Shown one piece after another: positions 37,371 through 47,629 of a stretch of 50,425 bases of DNA (positions within the stretch are counted from its first letter, which is position 1; the number at the start of each line of letters is the position of its first letter). Under the pieces are notes generated by a model. The model did not search any database and was not told the DNA's origin. It saw only the letters and a list, made by a program, of their open reading frames with translations. The stretch is taken from the sequence record SRR22947725_875; one strand, given 5' to 3'. The translations under genes were made by a program, and so were the position numbers.

Positions 37371-38555
37371 ATGCTTTATACTGTTCTCAGAAAAGTTACT
37401 TTTGATGGCAAAATAATAGTCATTGATAGTAGTAACAACATGAGGGAGTTTGGAAAAGGTGATAGATTAGTTAAGATTAAATTAAAAAATAAATCTATAG
37501 AAAAAAAACTATTTCGAAATCCAGCTCTTCATTTAGGTGAAGGATATATGAATGAAGAAATTCTTATTCAAAAAGGAACAATTGAGGAATTAATTGATAT
37601 AGTAACTGCATGCTATGATGATTTTATTCGTAACAACTCAATATACAGATTTTATGAAAACTTTTCTGGTTACGTAAAGGTTTTTCAGCAACTAAATGAG
37701 GCTGTAAAATCAAAACAAAATGTTGCTCATCATTATGACCTTAAAGAAGATTTATATAAATTATTTTTAGACAAAGATATGCAATATTCGTGTGCTTATT
37801 TTCACAATGAAAACATAAGTTTAGATCAAGCGCAAATAGATAAGAAAAAGCATATTATAAATAAACTACAAATAAAAGAAAATATGAGTGTATTAGATAT
37901 AGGTTGTGGATGGGGTGGCACAGCTTTGGAAATTGCAAAACAGACTGGAGCAAAGGTAAAAGGTATTACACTTTCAGAAAATCAATTTGCAACAGCTTCT
38001 AGGAGAGCGCAGGAGGAAGGAATATCAGATAAAGTATCCTTTCAAATTCAAGATTACCGAGATGAAAAATTAAAATACGACCGTATAGTTTCTGTAGGAA
38101 TGTTTGAACACGTAGGAATTAAATATTTCAAAACATACTTAAAAAAAACTTATGATTTATTAAAAGATAATGGAGTGTTTCTTCTCCATACGATTGGCCA
38201 GAGAGGCATTCCAACAGCGACTAGCCCATGGATTAGAAAGTATATTTTTCCAGGAGGATATATTCCATCTTTATCTGATATCATCATCGAGGCTCAAAAA
38301 TTAAATATCAACATTACAGATATTGAAATCTTAAGACTGCATTATGCACATACCCTTTCTCACTGGTATAAAAATATTCAAAAGCATAAAGACGAAATAG
38401 TTAAAATGTTTGATCATCGTTTTTATCGTATGTGGGAATTTTACCTATTGGCTAGTAAATATTCTTTCATAAATATGGGAAACGTTGTTTTTCAGATTCA
38501 AATTGCTAAAAATATTGACAATTTACCTCTTACAAGAAATTATATGTATAATTGA
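37371..38555 (+). CDS. cfa: Cyclopropane-fatty-acyl-phospholipid synthase family methyltransferase
   Basis: LGEGYM, AHHYDL, MQYSCAYF, VLDIGCGWG, VSVGMFEHVG, YIFPGG, HYA.TL..W, RMWEFYL. Confidence 0.9.
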   Translation: MLYTVLRKVTFDGKIIVIDSSNNMREFGKGDRLVKIKLKNKSIEKKLFRNPALHLGEGYMNEEILIQKGTIEELIDIVTACYDDFIRNNSIYRFYENFSGYVKVFQQLNEAVKSKQNVAHHYDLKEDLYKLFLDKDMQYSCAYFHNENISLDQAQIDKKKHIINKLQIKENMSVLDIGCGWGGTALEIAKQTGAKVKGITLSENQFATASRRAQEEGISDKVSFQIQDYRDEKLKYDRIVSVGMFEHVGIKYFKTYLKKTYDLLKDNGVFLLHTIGQRGIPTATSPWIRKYIFPGGYIPSLSDIIIEAQKLNINITDIEILRLHYAHTLSHWYKNIQKHKDEIVKMFDHRFYRMWEFYLLASKYSFINMGNVVFQIQIAKNIDNLPLTRNYMYN

Positions 38556-38608
38556 TTGAATAAATGTATAAAATTCTAATTAAAAACATATAAATTATCT
38601 AAATATTT

Positions 38609-39649
38609 ATGCAGCAAAGTTTAAATCAATATTTGTTAAGAGTTGGAATATTTCTTGCACTTGTATTTGTTGTTGTTGTTTTACTTTATCCTGTTTTACA
38701 AAATGCCTTTTTATCGAACATATTTATTAATTTAATAATATTAGCAGGTTTAGCTATTGGGATAATATTTAATTTAACAAGACTTGTAGGTCTTAATTCA
38801 GATTTCATAGCTTTAGCCAATTTTGAAATAAATAAATCTCCAAAATCATTTCTTAATAATAATGGTAATCTAAAAAATATTTCTGGGGATCTAAAGCAAA
38901 TAGATGGCAGGTTTGTTTTTAAGAGCTCAGTTATAAATAGACTAATAGAAAATACAGATATGTCATTATCAAGTGTAAGAGAAACATCAAGATATTTAGT
39001 TGGGTTATTAGTATTCTTAGGTTTGCTTGGAACTTTTTGGGGTTTATTGAAAACTATAGGCTCAGTTGGGAACGTGATTAGTGGGCTTGGTATCGATGAC
39101 ACAAATGTTGCAGGTTTTTTTAATTCTTTGAAAGATGGTTTGAATGCTCCTCTTCAAGGAATGAGTATAGCATTTAGTAGTTCGTTACTAGGTTTAGCAG
39201 GGTCTTTAATTCTTGGTTTTATGGATATAAATCTTGGTCAAGCTCAAAATAAGTTCAGTTTATTTTTTGAAAAAACGTTAGAAAATAATTCAGTTCCAGA
39301 TTTATTGAAATCGTCTACATCTGATAACTTAAGTCAACAGGCTCTGCAAAAAATTTATGATAATCTGGATAGCGTAGTTTATTCCTTGAAGCAAACCTCA
39401 GAAAATCAGAATGAGATTAACATTAATTTATCTAAGTTAGGCGAGCAAATTAAAAATGCTAATAATCATTCTGCAGGAATAGATGAAAAACTATCAAATT
39501 TTTTGTCAACTCAATTGAATACGCAATCAAGTATTTTGCAATTAATCAACAAAATTAATGAACAAGGCTTTTTAGATGATTCAACAAAAAAAATATTTGC
39601 GGATTTGAGTCAAAGCATTCAAGAATTAAAAGCTAAAAATAAAAAATAA
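38609..39649 (+). CDS. MotA/TolQ/ExbB-family ion-channel subunit
   Basis: LVFLGLLGTFWGL, GMSIAFSSSLLGLAGSL; C-terminal helical tail. Confidence 0.82.
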   Translation: MQQSLNQYLLRVGIFLALVFVVVVLLYPVLQNAFLSNIFINLIILAGLAIGIIFNLTRLVGLNSDFIALANFEINKSPKSFLNNNGNLKNISGDLKQIDGRFVFKSSVINRLIENTDMSLSSVRETSRYLVGLLVFLGLLGTFWGLLKTIGSVGNVISGLGIDDTNVAGFFNSLKDGLNAPLQGMSIAFSSSLLGLAGSLILGFMDINLGQAQNKFSLFFEKTLENNSVPDLLKSSTSDNLSQQALQKIYDNLDSVVYSLKQTSENQNEININLSKLGEQIKNANNHSAGIDEKLSNFLSTQLNTQSSILQLINKINEQGFLDDSTKKIFADLSQSIQELKAKNKK

Positions 39650-39651
39650 TA

Positions 39652-41565
39652 ATGGCATCAAGGTCTTTAAGAAATAGACTTGGTGAATCTACAAATATTT
39701 GGCCAGGATTTGTTGACGTATTAGCTACATTACTTATAGTTATTATTTTTGTGTTAATGATATTTACGGTTTCACAAATTTATTTAAGTGATGCTATTTC
39801 AGGAAGAGACAAAGCATTACAAGAATTAAGAATACAAATAAGTGAATTATCAAAAATTCTTCAATCTGAAGTTAGTGAAAAAGAGGAGGCCCTTGAAACT
39901 TTATCTGAAACTGAGTCGTTGCTTAGCGGAGTTCAATCTGACTTATTACAACAAGAGTTAATTGCAGAAGGTTTACAAACAGATCTTGCTAAAAAAAGCA
40001 CAGAAATATTTATCCAAGAACAAAATATCCTAGCTCTATCTGGACAAATCATGGAGCTTTTAAGTGAGTTGAGAATTGTGGCAAAGGCTCTAGAGGTTTA
40101 TGAGGAATTAGATAGTGCCATTTTGGATACAGAAGGACTTGGTGAAAAAATTAATAAAGCTCTAGCTACTCGTGTAGATCAACTTAAGACACTTAATGCT
40201 AAGCTAGATCAAACAAATAATAAGCTTGCAATAAGTCAAACAAATTTAAATGAGAAAATAAGTGAATTAAAAACTACAAATGAAAATTTAAATGAACTTA
40301 ATAACCAACTTGATGCAACTAATAAAAAACTAGAAATAAGTGAGAAGGAATTAAATCAAACAATTAATGAATTAAATATCAAAAATGTAAACTTGATGGC
40401 CATCAATAAAAGCTTAGGTTTGGAAGATGGTGGTATTGCTGAGCAACTTCAAGCGATTAAAAATAAAAATCAAGATCTTTTAGATTTAAATCAAGATTTA
40501 TTAATTGCACAAAAAGAAACTCAAAAAACTCTTAATTTATTAGAGCAAACTAATTTAGAGTTATCATTAAGAGATGAAGAATTGCAAAATCAAATTACCC
40601 AATATCAAAATTTAATGAATGATTTGTTAGAAATTAATGATAGCCTTGGCTTGAAAGATGCCACTCTTCAAGAACAGTTAGAGGCTATAAGATCGAAAAA
40701 TCAGGAATTAGCTGAATTGAATCAAAATTTAATAAATAAAGATAATACAATATTTGATTTAAGAGGCAAAATTATTGAATTAAATAATGTTTTATCAATA
40801 TCAGATAAACAAAGAATAGATCAGGAATTAGAAATTGCTTTACTTAGAAAAAATATACAAGATATTGAAGACATTAGAATTTCAGAAAAGGAAATTTCTT
40901 CTACTAAAATAGAAGAAATGGAAATTCAGTCTTCCCAAACTTTTGAACAAATAGCAATATTATCAGATGAAATTGAAAATTTAAAAAATGAAATTGAAAC
41001 ATTAAATCTAGCTCTAGAAGCTAGTGAAGAAGAAGCAATGTCAAAAAATCTTGAAATTGAAATACTAGGAGAAAGATTAAATAAAGCGCTGACATCCAAA
41101 ATTTTTGAATTACAAAAATATCGATCAGAATTTTTTGGTAAATTGCAAAATTTATTAGGAGATAGAGATGATATTAAAATAGTTGGTGACAGATTTATTT
41201 TTGAGTCTGAACTTTTGTTTGACTCTTCTTCAGCAAATCTTCAAGAAAATGGAAAAGATAAATTAAAAGAAATCGCAATGACGTTAATGGAGACAACTAA
41301 ACAAATACCAACTGATATTGATTGGATTATTCAAGTTGAGGGTCACACAGATAAAAGGCCAATTAATACTGCACAATTTCCTTCAAATTGGGAATTATCA
41401 ACAGCAAGAGCTAATTCTGTTCTAAAGTTATTACTTGAGATTGGTTTTTCACCAAAAAGACTTGCCGCAGCGGGTTATGGAGAGTTTTACCCTATTAGTG
41501 AGGGAGAAACTAAAGAAGACTATCAACAAAATAGAAGAATTGAATTAAAACTAACATCCCGTTAG
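39652..41565 (+). CDS. MotB/OmpA-family peptidoglycan-binding protein with long coiled-coil stalk
   Basis: WPGFVD TM with conserved Asp; LLFDS, VEGHTD, NWELSTARA, GYGE, NRRIE OmpA-like domain. Confidence 0.88.
   Translation: MASRSLRNRLGESTNIWPGFVDVLATLLIVIIFVLMIFTVSQIYLSDAISGRDKALQELRIQISELSKILQSEVSEKEEALETLSETESLLSGVQSDLLQQELIAEGLQTDLAKKSTEIFIQEQNILALSGQIMELLSELRIVAKALEVYEELDSAILDTEGLGEKINKALATRVDQLKTLNAKLDQTNNKLAISQTNLNEKISELKTTNENLNELNNQLDATNKKLEISEKELNQTINELNIKNVNLMAINKSLGLEDGGIAEQLQAIKNKNQDLLDLNQDLLIAQKETQKTLNLLEQTNLELSLRDEELQNQITQYQNLMNDLLEINDSLGLKDATLQEQLEAIRSKNQELAELNQNLINKDNTIFDLRGKIIELNNVLSISDKQRIDQELEIALLRKNIQDIEDIRISEKEISSTKIEEMEIQSSQTFEQIAILSDEIENLKNEIETLNLALEASEEEAMSKNLEIEILGERLNKALTSKIFELQKYRSEFFGKLQNLLGDRDDIKIVGDRFIFESELLFDSSSANLQENGKDKLKEIAMTLMETTKQIPTDIDWIIQVEGHTDKRPINTAQFPSNWELSTARANSVLKLLLEIGFSPKRLAAAGYGEFYPISEGETKEDYQQNRRIELKLTSR
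40021..41112 (+). repeat. Internal protein-level duplications in the MotB-like stalk
   Basis: LNAKLDQTNNKL / LNNQLDATNKKL (40192, 40297); INKSLGLED / INDSLGLKD (40402, 40633); LGEKINKAL / LGERLNKAL. Confidence 0.7.
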
Positions 41566-41608
41566 GTGCCTTAAATAAAACATAAAGTTTCCTTATTTTT
41601 ATATAACC

Positions 41609-42109
41609 ATGAAATTAGTTCTAGTTACTTTTGTATTGTTTTTTTCTAATTTTGTATATGCAGGTTGTGATGATCAACCTTCTAATGAAGTTGATTGGAC
41701 AAATTGTAATTTTGTAGAAAACCTTGATTTGATTGGTGTTGGTTTAGCAAATGCTAAAATGTCTGGTGTTAATTTATCTCTAGCTAATTTAGAAAAATCG
41801 CAATTAAATAATTCTGATCTTTCTGTCGGAAACTTTATATTTGCTAATTTTAGTAATTCAAATTTATATGCCTCAAATTTACAAGGCGCTAATTGTAATA
41901 ATGCTAATTTTGAAAATGCAAATCTTGCTAAAGTGAATTTTGAAGGAGCAAATCTTTTTACAGCATCATTTAAAGGAGCTAATTTGTATGAGGCTAATCT
42001 TTTAGGAGCTAATATTTCAGGAGCAGTTTTTGATGAAGCAAATTTATCTAGTGCTATCTGGGTAGATGGAAAAAAGTGTGCTTTAGGTTCAATTGGTGTT
42101 TGCAACTAA
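41609..42109 (+). CDS. Exported pentapeptide-repeat protein
   Basis: Signal peptide (VYA), tandem A(N/D)(L/F)xx repeats, Cys pairs at both ends. Confidence 0.9.
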   Translation: MKLVLVTFVLFFSNFVYAGCDDQPSNEVDWTNCNFVENLDLIGVGLANAKMSGVNLSLANLEKSQLNNSDLSVGNFIFANFSNSNLYASNLQGANCNNANFENANLAKVNFEGANLFTASFKGANLYEANLLGANISGAVFDEANLSSAIWVDGKKCALGSIGVCN

Positions 42110-42180
42110 CAACAAATTTATTCAATAAGTTTATTTTCTATTTTACTTTTTAGTTAATTTAATACACAGATTTAATATTT

Positions 42181-43083
42181 ATGAACTCAAATAGTTATTT
42201 CAATGCTTTTCTATTAGTTTTTCTTGCTGGTTTATTTTGGAGTTTTGGTGTTGTAACTGTAAGATATATGGTGGACGCAAATAATTTTGTTTTTCAATAT
42301 TTATTTTATAGAGGAATATCTATCGCAATTATTTTATTAATTTACTTATTTATTAAAGAAGGTTTTGTATTTTACAAAAATTTTTTTCGAATTGGAATTT
42401 CTGGTGTACTTGGTGGAATATTTCTAGCTACAGCTTTTACCGGTTTTATTTTTTCTATTACGATGACAACTGCAGCAGTTACCTTATTCATGCTAGCAGC
42501 AATGCCCTTTATCGCTGCTATAGCTGGATATTTTATTTTAGGAGAAACACTTCGAAGAACAACATTATTTTCTATGACCATTGCTTTTTTTGGAGTTTGT
42601 ATAATGATTTTTAATGATAGTATTTCTGGAAGTGCACTTGGAGCTATTATTGGTTTTATTTCTGCTACAGGTTTTGCTTTATACTCAGTCACTATAAGAT
42701 GGAAACCTGAGACTCCTAAATTTACGACAGTTGTTCTAGCTGGTTTATTTTGTGCATTATTTTCATTTTGTGTTTTAGGTTTTTCTTTTAAGTCTTTTAA
42801 TTCAATGCCACCAATAAACAGTTATTTAAGTTTATTACATGGTCTCATAGTTGCATCTGGGTTGATTTTATATACCTTAGGAGCAAAACATTTACCTTCT
42901 GCTGAATTAACACTATTATCATTAATGGAAGTTGTTGGTGGTGTTATTTGGGTATGGTTACCAATATTTGGTATAAATGAAGTTCCAAGTTTTACTGTTA
43001 TTCTTGGTGGAATAATAATTACGTCTGCAGTTATATTTCATGGCATTGGAGCGAGAAAAAAAAGAGAACCAGTTTTACCTTAA
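42181..43083 (+). CDS. DMT/EamA family transporter
   Basis: About 10 TM helices, ILGE motif, two-fold EamA repeat. Confidence 0.88.
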   Translation: MNSNSYFNAFLLVFLAGLFWSFGVVTVRYMVDANNFVFQYLFYRGISIAIILLIYLFIKEGFVFYKNFFRIGISGVLGGIFLATAFTGFIFSITMTTAAVTLFMLAAMPFIAAIAGYFILGETLRRTTLFSMTIAFFGVCIMIFNDSISGSALGAIIGFISATGFALYSVTIRWKPETPKFTTVVLAGLFCALFSFCVLGFSFKSFNSMPPINSYLSLLHGLIVASGLILYTLGAKHLPSAELTLLSLMEVVGGVIWVWLPIFGINEVPSFTVILGGIIITSAVIFHGIGARKKREPVLP

Positions 43084-44315
43084 TTATTTACTTGAAGTTG
43101 GGTAGAATTTTTTCTTGGTAAACTTAAATTAGACCATACTTTATCAAGACACTTAACCATATTTTCAATATGCTCTTTTCTATGTTTAGGGGTTACGGTA
43201 ATTCTTAATCTTTCAAGACCTTTTGGAACTGTCGGATAGAAAATAGGTTGGGCATAGATGCCATGGTCATCAATTAATTTCTCTGAAACTTTTTTACATA
43301 GAAAAGGGTCATTGATCATAACAGCAATAATATGACTATTAGTATCAATATAGGGAATAGCTATTGATTCTAATAACTGCCTCATTGTAGATGCATTTTC
43401 ATGAATTTTTATTCTTAATTGATCTGCTAAGGATACTATTTCAATCGCTTTATTAGCACCTGCAGCTATGGAAGGGCAAATAGAGGTTGTAAAAATAAAG
43501 CCAGGAGAAAAGCTACGAATATAGTCAATTATTTCTTTACTAGCAGCAATATACCCACCCATTTGTCCAAAGGCTTTTGCTAATGTACCATTTATGATAT
43601 CAATATCTTGATCAACTTTCATCTCTACAGCAATACCTTTACCTCTTTCTCCGTATAAACCAACTGAGTGTACTTCATCTAAATATGTCAAAGCATTATA
43701 TTTTTTTGCAATATCAACTATTTTTATTATTGGAGATCTGATACCTTCCATAGAATATAAGCTTTCAAAAACAATTAGTTTAGGATGATTAGGGTCTGTG
43801 GTTTGTAAAATGCTTTCAAGGTGATCAACATCATTATGCTGAAAAATATGGCATGAAGCACCACTATTTTTTATACCTTGAATTAGAGACGCATGATTAA
43901 GTTCATCAGAAAATATTTCAAGATTTTTTATTTTTTTCCCAAGTGTCCACAATGTAGATTGATTAGCTGTATAAGCTGAAGAAAATAATAGGGCATTTTC
44001 TTTATTATGAAGATTTGCTAATTTTGTTTCCAAGGAAGTATGAAATGATGATGTTCCGGATATATTTCGTGTACCCCCAGAACCAGTACCAATTTCCAAT
44101 AACGTTTTTACTGTTTCATTCACAACTTCTGGATGTTGACTCATGTTGAGATAATCATTTGAGCACCAAACCTCAACATCTCTTTCCTTGTTATTTTTAA
44201 ATTCATCAGCTTTAGGAAATTTTTTTATTGGTCGATCAATTTCTCTAAAGCTCCTGTAGAGACCTTCATCTTTTAATTTTTTTAATTCTTTTTTAAAAAA
44301 AGTAGAATATTTCAT
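43080..44315 (-). CDS. hemA: 5-aminolevulinate synthase
   Basis: [64 protein letters not shown]. Confidence 0.95.
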   Translation of the reverse strand: MKYSTFFKKELKKLKDEGLYRSFREIDRPIKKFPKADEFKNNKERDVEVWCSNDYLNMSQHPEVVNETVKTLLEIGTGSGGTRNISGTSSFHTSLETKLANLHNKENALLFSSAYTANQSTLWTLGKKIKNLEIFSDELNHASLIQGIKNSGASCHIFQHNDVDHLESILQTTDPNHPKLIVFESLYSMEGIRSPIIKIVDIAKKYNALTYLDEVHSVGLYGERGKGIAVEMKVDQDIDIINGTLAKAFGQMGGYIAASKEIIDYIRSFSPGFIFTTSICPSIAAGANKAIEIVSLADQLRIKIHENASTMRQLLESIAIPYIDTNSHIIAVMINDPFLCKKVSEKLIDDHGIYAQPIFYPTVPKGLERLRITVTPKHRKEHIENMVKCLDKVWSNLSLPRKNSTQLQVNN

Positions 44316-44385
44316 AATGATTTAATTATAGCTAAATCTTAAAAAACCAAGATACTTATTTGATTAATTGTCACATCCATTTTAG

Positions 44386-44943
44386 TTAATCTTTGCCCCA
44401 AAAATTCATTCTATTCCAAACACCATATTTATCAGAATTCATGAATCGATGATATAAACCTGCACTTAGATGAATTCCAAATACTATTATAAGAGCAATC
44501 ATTGATTGATAATGAAACTGGACAAAAGTTGGATACATTTCAACATTAGTTTCTATAAATTTTGGTATTGTTATTATGCCAAGTAATTGAACATCAAAAC
44601 CACCAGCTTGAGTCATCATTGTTCCTTGAAATGGTATCCATATTACTAAAGCATAAAGTAAAGAATGTATCACTCCAGACGCATATCTGTGAAATTTTGG
44701 TAGAGTGGAGGTATCAGGTTTTGAATTAAAAAATTTCCACATAAGTCTCAATACTACAATCGTAAATATTATTGACCCGATTATTTTATGAATGCCAATA
44801 AATCCAATTTTAGCAGGAGAAAATTCCATATTGTGTAGATTAAAACCTGTAAATATTTGCCATATTAGTAATAAAGCCAGGAGCCAGTGGAATGTTTTTG
44901 CTATTAATCCCCAAGAATTTTCTGTTGCTTTGATACTTCTCAT
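44386..44943 (-). CDS. Cytochrome b561 (CybB/YceJ family)
   Basis: FHW, HK..G, RL.W, H..LY, FH, HL.A..YH heme-ligand pattern over 4 TM. Confidence 0.88.
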   Translation of the reverse strand: MRSIKATENSWGLIAKTFHWLLALLLIWQIFTGFNLHNMEFSPAKIGFIGIHKIIGSIIFTIVVLRLMWKFFNSKPDTSTLPKFHRYASGVIHSLLYALVIWIPFQGTMMTQAGGFDVQLLGIITIPKFIETNVEMYPTFVQFHYQSMIALIIVFGIHLSAGLYHRFMNSDKYGVWNRMNFWGKD

Positions 44944-45090
44944 ATTTGTCCTTTTTTTTTCGAAATTTATGTAAAAATAGATTTAATCAAGTTAAAATTT
45001 TTTACAAGAAGGCAATATTTACATACTACTCAATATTATTATTATCAATTAGTCTAATAGATTAGTGTTTAAAAAAGTTTATATATAACT

Positions 45091-46626
45091 ATGGTTTTGG
45101 ATAAAATAAATATACTCTCAAGAAAAAGTGATCTTGCTGTAATTCAAGCTCGTGAATTTGGACAAATTTTTTCATCTAAATTTCCATCTATAAAATTAAA
45201 TTACATTACAAAAAGTACATCAGGGGATAGGGATTTAAAAACACCTTTATCGGAAATGCCAACAGAAGGTGTATTTACTGATGATTTGAGAGATGAATTA
45301 ATAAAAAAAAAATGTGACATTATAATCCATTCATGGAAAGATTTACCTTTGGATGTAGGCAATCATACTGAGGTTGCAATTACATTAGACCGTGCTGATG
45401 AAAGGGATTTATTATTTATAAAAAAAGATAATATTGAAAAAATTTATCAAGAAAATATAATCTCTATTTTTTCTTCATCGCCTAGACGACAATATAATTT
45501 AGAACATTTTATTAAAAATTATTTACCATTTAAAATTAATAATATTAAATTTGAAAATATAAGAGGAAATATACTTACGCGCTTTAAAAAATTTATAGAT
45601 GGTAATGTAGATGGTTTTGTTGTTGCTAAAGCTGCAATTGATAGACTTCTTAATGCAGATCAAAATGATTTTCCTGATCTTAAAAATATTTTGCTTTCAC
45701 ATATTAATGAATGTTTGTGGAATGTGGTACCACTCTCCATTAACCCATCTTCACCAGGTCAAGGTGCTTTAGCAGTTGAGATACGATCTAATGATTTTGA
45801 ATTAAAAAAAATTTTAACTAAAATAAATAATATAGTAGATTATAAAAATGTAATACTTGAAAGAGAAGAGCTAAAAAAATTTGGAGGAGGCTGTCATCAA
45901 AAAATTGGAGTATCTTATCAAAATACTCATTTTGGAAAAATAAAGTTTAGTAAAGGAGAACAAGAAGATGGATCCTCATTTTATGAAAAAATTATTTATG
46001 AAAATAATAACCCCTCTTATGTAAAGCCAAAATCTATCACTGAGATATTTCCTGAACAGCTTAGCGATTATAATTTTTTTAATAGAAAAGTAATTGAAAG
46101 TAGCATTGAAGAATTATCGAAAACAAAAGATAAATGTATTTGGATTTCTAGACAAAGTGCTTTGCCTCAAAACGTAAGTATAGATAATTCTAATATTATT
46201 TGGGTAAGCGGATTAGAAACTTGGAAAAATATAGCAGAAAGAGGAATATGGATAAATGGATCTTCAGATGGTTTGGGGGAAGATATAGATCCTAAAATTA
46301 AATCTTTAACAAATAATGAATGGATCAAATTAACACATTTAGACTCACCTGTTTCAAGAATAAAAAATGTTATTTACACATATGAATTACAAAAAAATGA
46401 TATCTCTTTAAATCTTGAAAATAAAAACTATTTTTATTGGATGAGTGCAAGTGCATTTAAGTATGCAATTACTAAATATCCAGATATACAAAATAAATTT
46501 CATTTTTGCGGGCCAGGTAACACTTATAATGAAATAAAAAAGATATTAGGTGATGACTCTAAGAATTTAACTATAGAACTTTCATATAAGGAGTGGAAAA
46601 ATAATATTCTTCTTTCAATTGATTAA
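45091..46626 (+). CDS. hemC: Porphobilinogen deaminase with C-terminal HemD-like extension
   Basis: SRKSDLA..QA, TSGD, GVFT, HSWKDLP, R.D.RD, SSPRR, RGN..TR, PGQGALA, GGGCHQ; 511 aa. Confidence 0.88.
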   Translation: MVLDKINILSRKSDLAVIQAREFGQIFSSKFPSIKLNYITKSTSGDRDLKTPLSEMPTEGVFTDDLRDELIKKKCDIIIHSWKDLPLDVGNHTEVAITLDRADERDLLFIKKDNIEKIYQENIISIFSSSPRRQYNLEHFIKNYLPFKINNIKFENIRGNILTRFKKFIDGNVDGFVVAKAAIDRLLNADQNDFPDLKNILLSHINECLWNVVPLSINPSSPGQGALAVEIRSNDFELKKILTKINNIVDYKNVILEREELKKFGGGCHQKIGVSYQNTHFGKIKFSKGEQEDGSSFYEKIIYENNNPSYVKPKSITEIFPEQLSDYNFFNRKVIESSIEELSKTKDKCIWISRQSALPQNVSIDNSNIIWVSGLETWKNIAERGIWINGSSDGLGEDIDPKIKSLTNNEWIKLTHLDSPVSRIKNVIYTYELQKNDISLNLENKNYFYWMSASAFKYAITKYPDIQNKFHFCGPGNTYNEIKKILGDDSKNLTIELSYKEWKNNILLSID

Positions 46627-47624
46627 TGACTAATAATAAATTTTATAACGCTTTAAATAAAATACCGCAATCAACTCCACCAATATGGTTTATGCGTCAA
46701 GCAGGAAGATATCACTCACACTATCAACAGCTAAAACTTAAATATACTTTTGAAGAATTATGTAAAAATGCTGAACTAGCTGCTGAAGTTGCCTGTGGGC
46801 CAGTTGAAGAATTTGATTTTGATGTTGCGATACTTTTTAGTGATATATTATTTGTTTTAGAAGGTCTTGGTTTAGAATTAGAATTTAACCCAGGCCCAAT
46901 ATTTAAAGAAGAATTAAATTCAAATAATTATAAAAAATTCAATGATATTGACAGAGCTATTGAGCATATGTCTTTTCAAAGTGATGCAATTAAATTTACA
47001 AGACAAAAACTTGCCAAAGATAAAAGTCTTATAGGATTTGTTGGAGGTTTATGGACTATTTTAAGATTCGCCACGGGACAAAATAAAGTAAAAAAAAATT
47101 TTCAAAATTTTTATATAGATTTTATGGAAACAACTCTTCTGGAAGTAATTAAAAAAAATATCAGATTACAACTGGATGCTGGAGCAGAAGTTGTTATGAT
47201 GTTTGATAGTGGGATATCTTCTCTAGAAAATGATTTTTATAGAGGTAAGTATCGTCTTCTTTTAAAAAATATATCAAATTCATTTCCTAATAAAGTTGGT
47301 TATTATGCCAGAGGAAAAAACTATAATGAAATTTCTTATTTGTTAGACCTTCCTTTTGCTGGACTTGGAGTAGACAGTAACGTTGGCTTACAACATATTT
47401 TTTTAAATTCTAAATTTGGTTTCATTCAAGGTAATTTTAATGAAAATCATTTATTGCTTGATTCAAAAGAGCTAGAGAATGAATTAAATACATATTTAAA
47501 TACTATGAAAAATTTTGATAACTTAAATGGATGGGTTTGTGGATTAGGTCATGGAATTAACAAGGTCACTCCTGAGAAAAATGTTCATTTATTTATAGAA
47601 ACAATCAGAAAAAAATTTAATTAA
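46626..47624 (+). CDS. hemE: Uroporphyrinogen decarboxylase
   Basis: PIWFMRQAGRY, AILFSDIL, LIGF.G..WT, FDS, QGN, LGHGI. Confidence 0.95.
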   Translation: MTNNKFYNALNKIPQSTPPIWFMRQAGRYHSHYQQLKLKYTFEELCKNAELAAEVACGPVEEFDFDVAILFSDILFVLEGLGLELEFNPGPIFKEELNSNNYKKFNDIDRAIEHMSFQSDAIKFTRQKLAKDKSLIGFVGGLWTILRFATGQNKVKKNFQNFYIDFMETTLLEVIKKNIRLQLDAGAEVVMMFDSGISSLENDFYRGKYRLLLKNISNSFPNKVGYYARGKNYNEISYLLDLPFAGLGVDSNVGLQHIFLNSKFGFIQGNFNENHLLLDSKELENELNTYLNTMKNFDNLNGWVCGLGHGINKVTPEKNVHLFIETIRKKFN

Positions 47625-47629
47625 ACAAT

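Noticed and set aside
38609-41565. Zorya anti-phage system
   Set aside because: No zorC/D/E-like genes adjacent; the long coiled coil is on the B subunit rather than the A tail; housekeeping context
41674-42105. 143-aa antisense ORF over the pentapeptide gene
   Set aside because: Explained by the repetitive codons of the sense gene lacking reverse-strand stops
44359-44375. FNR/CRP-like site upstream of hemA (TTTGATTAATTGTCACA)
   Set aside because: Half-site spacing and sequence do not fit TTGAT-N4-ATCAA or TGTGA-N6-TCACA; likely chance in AT-rich DNA
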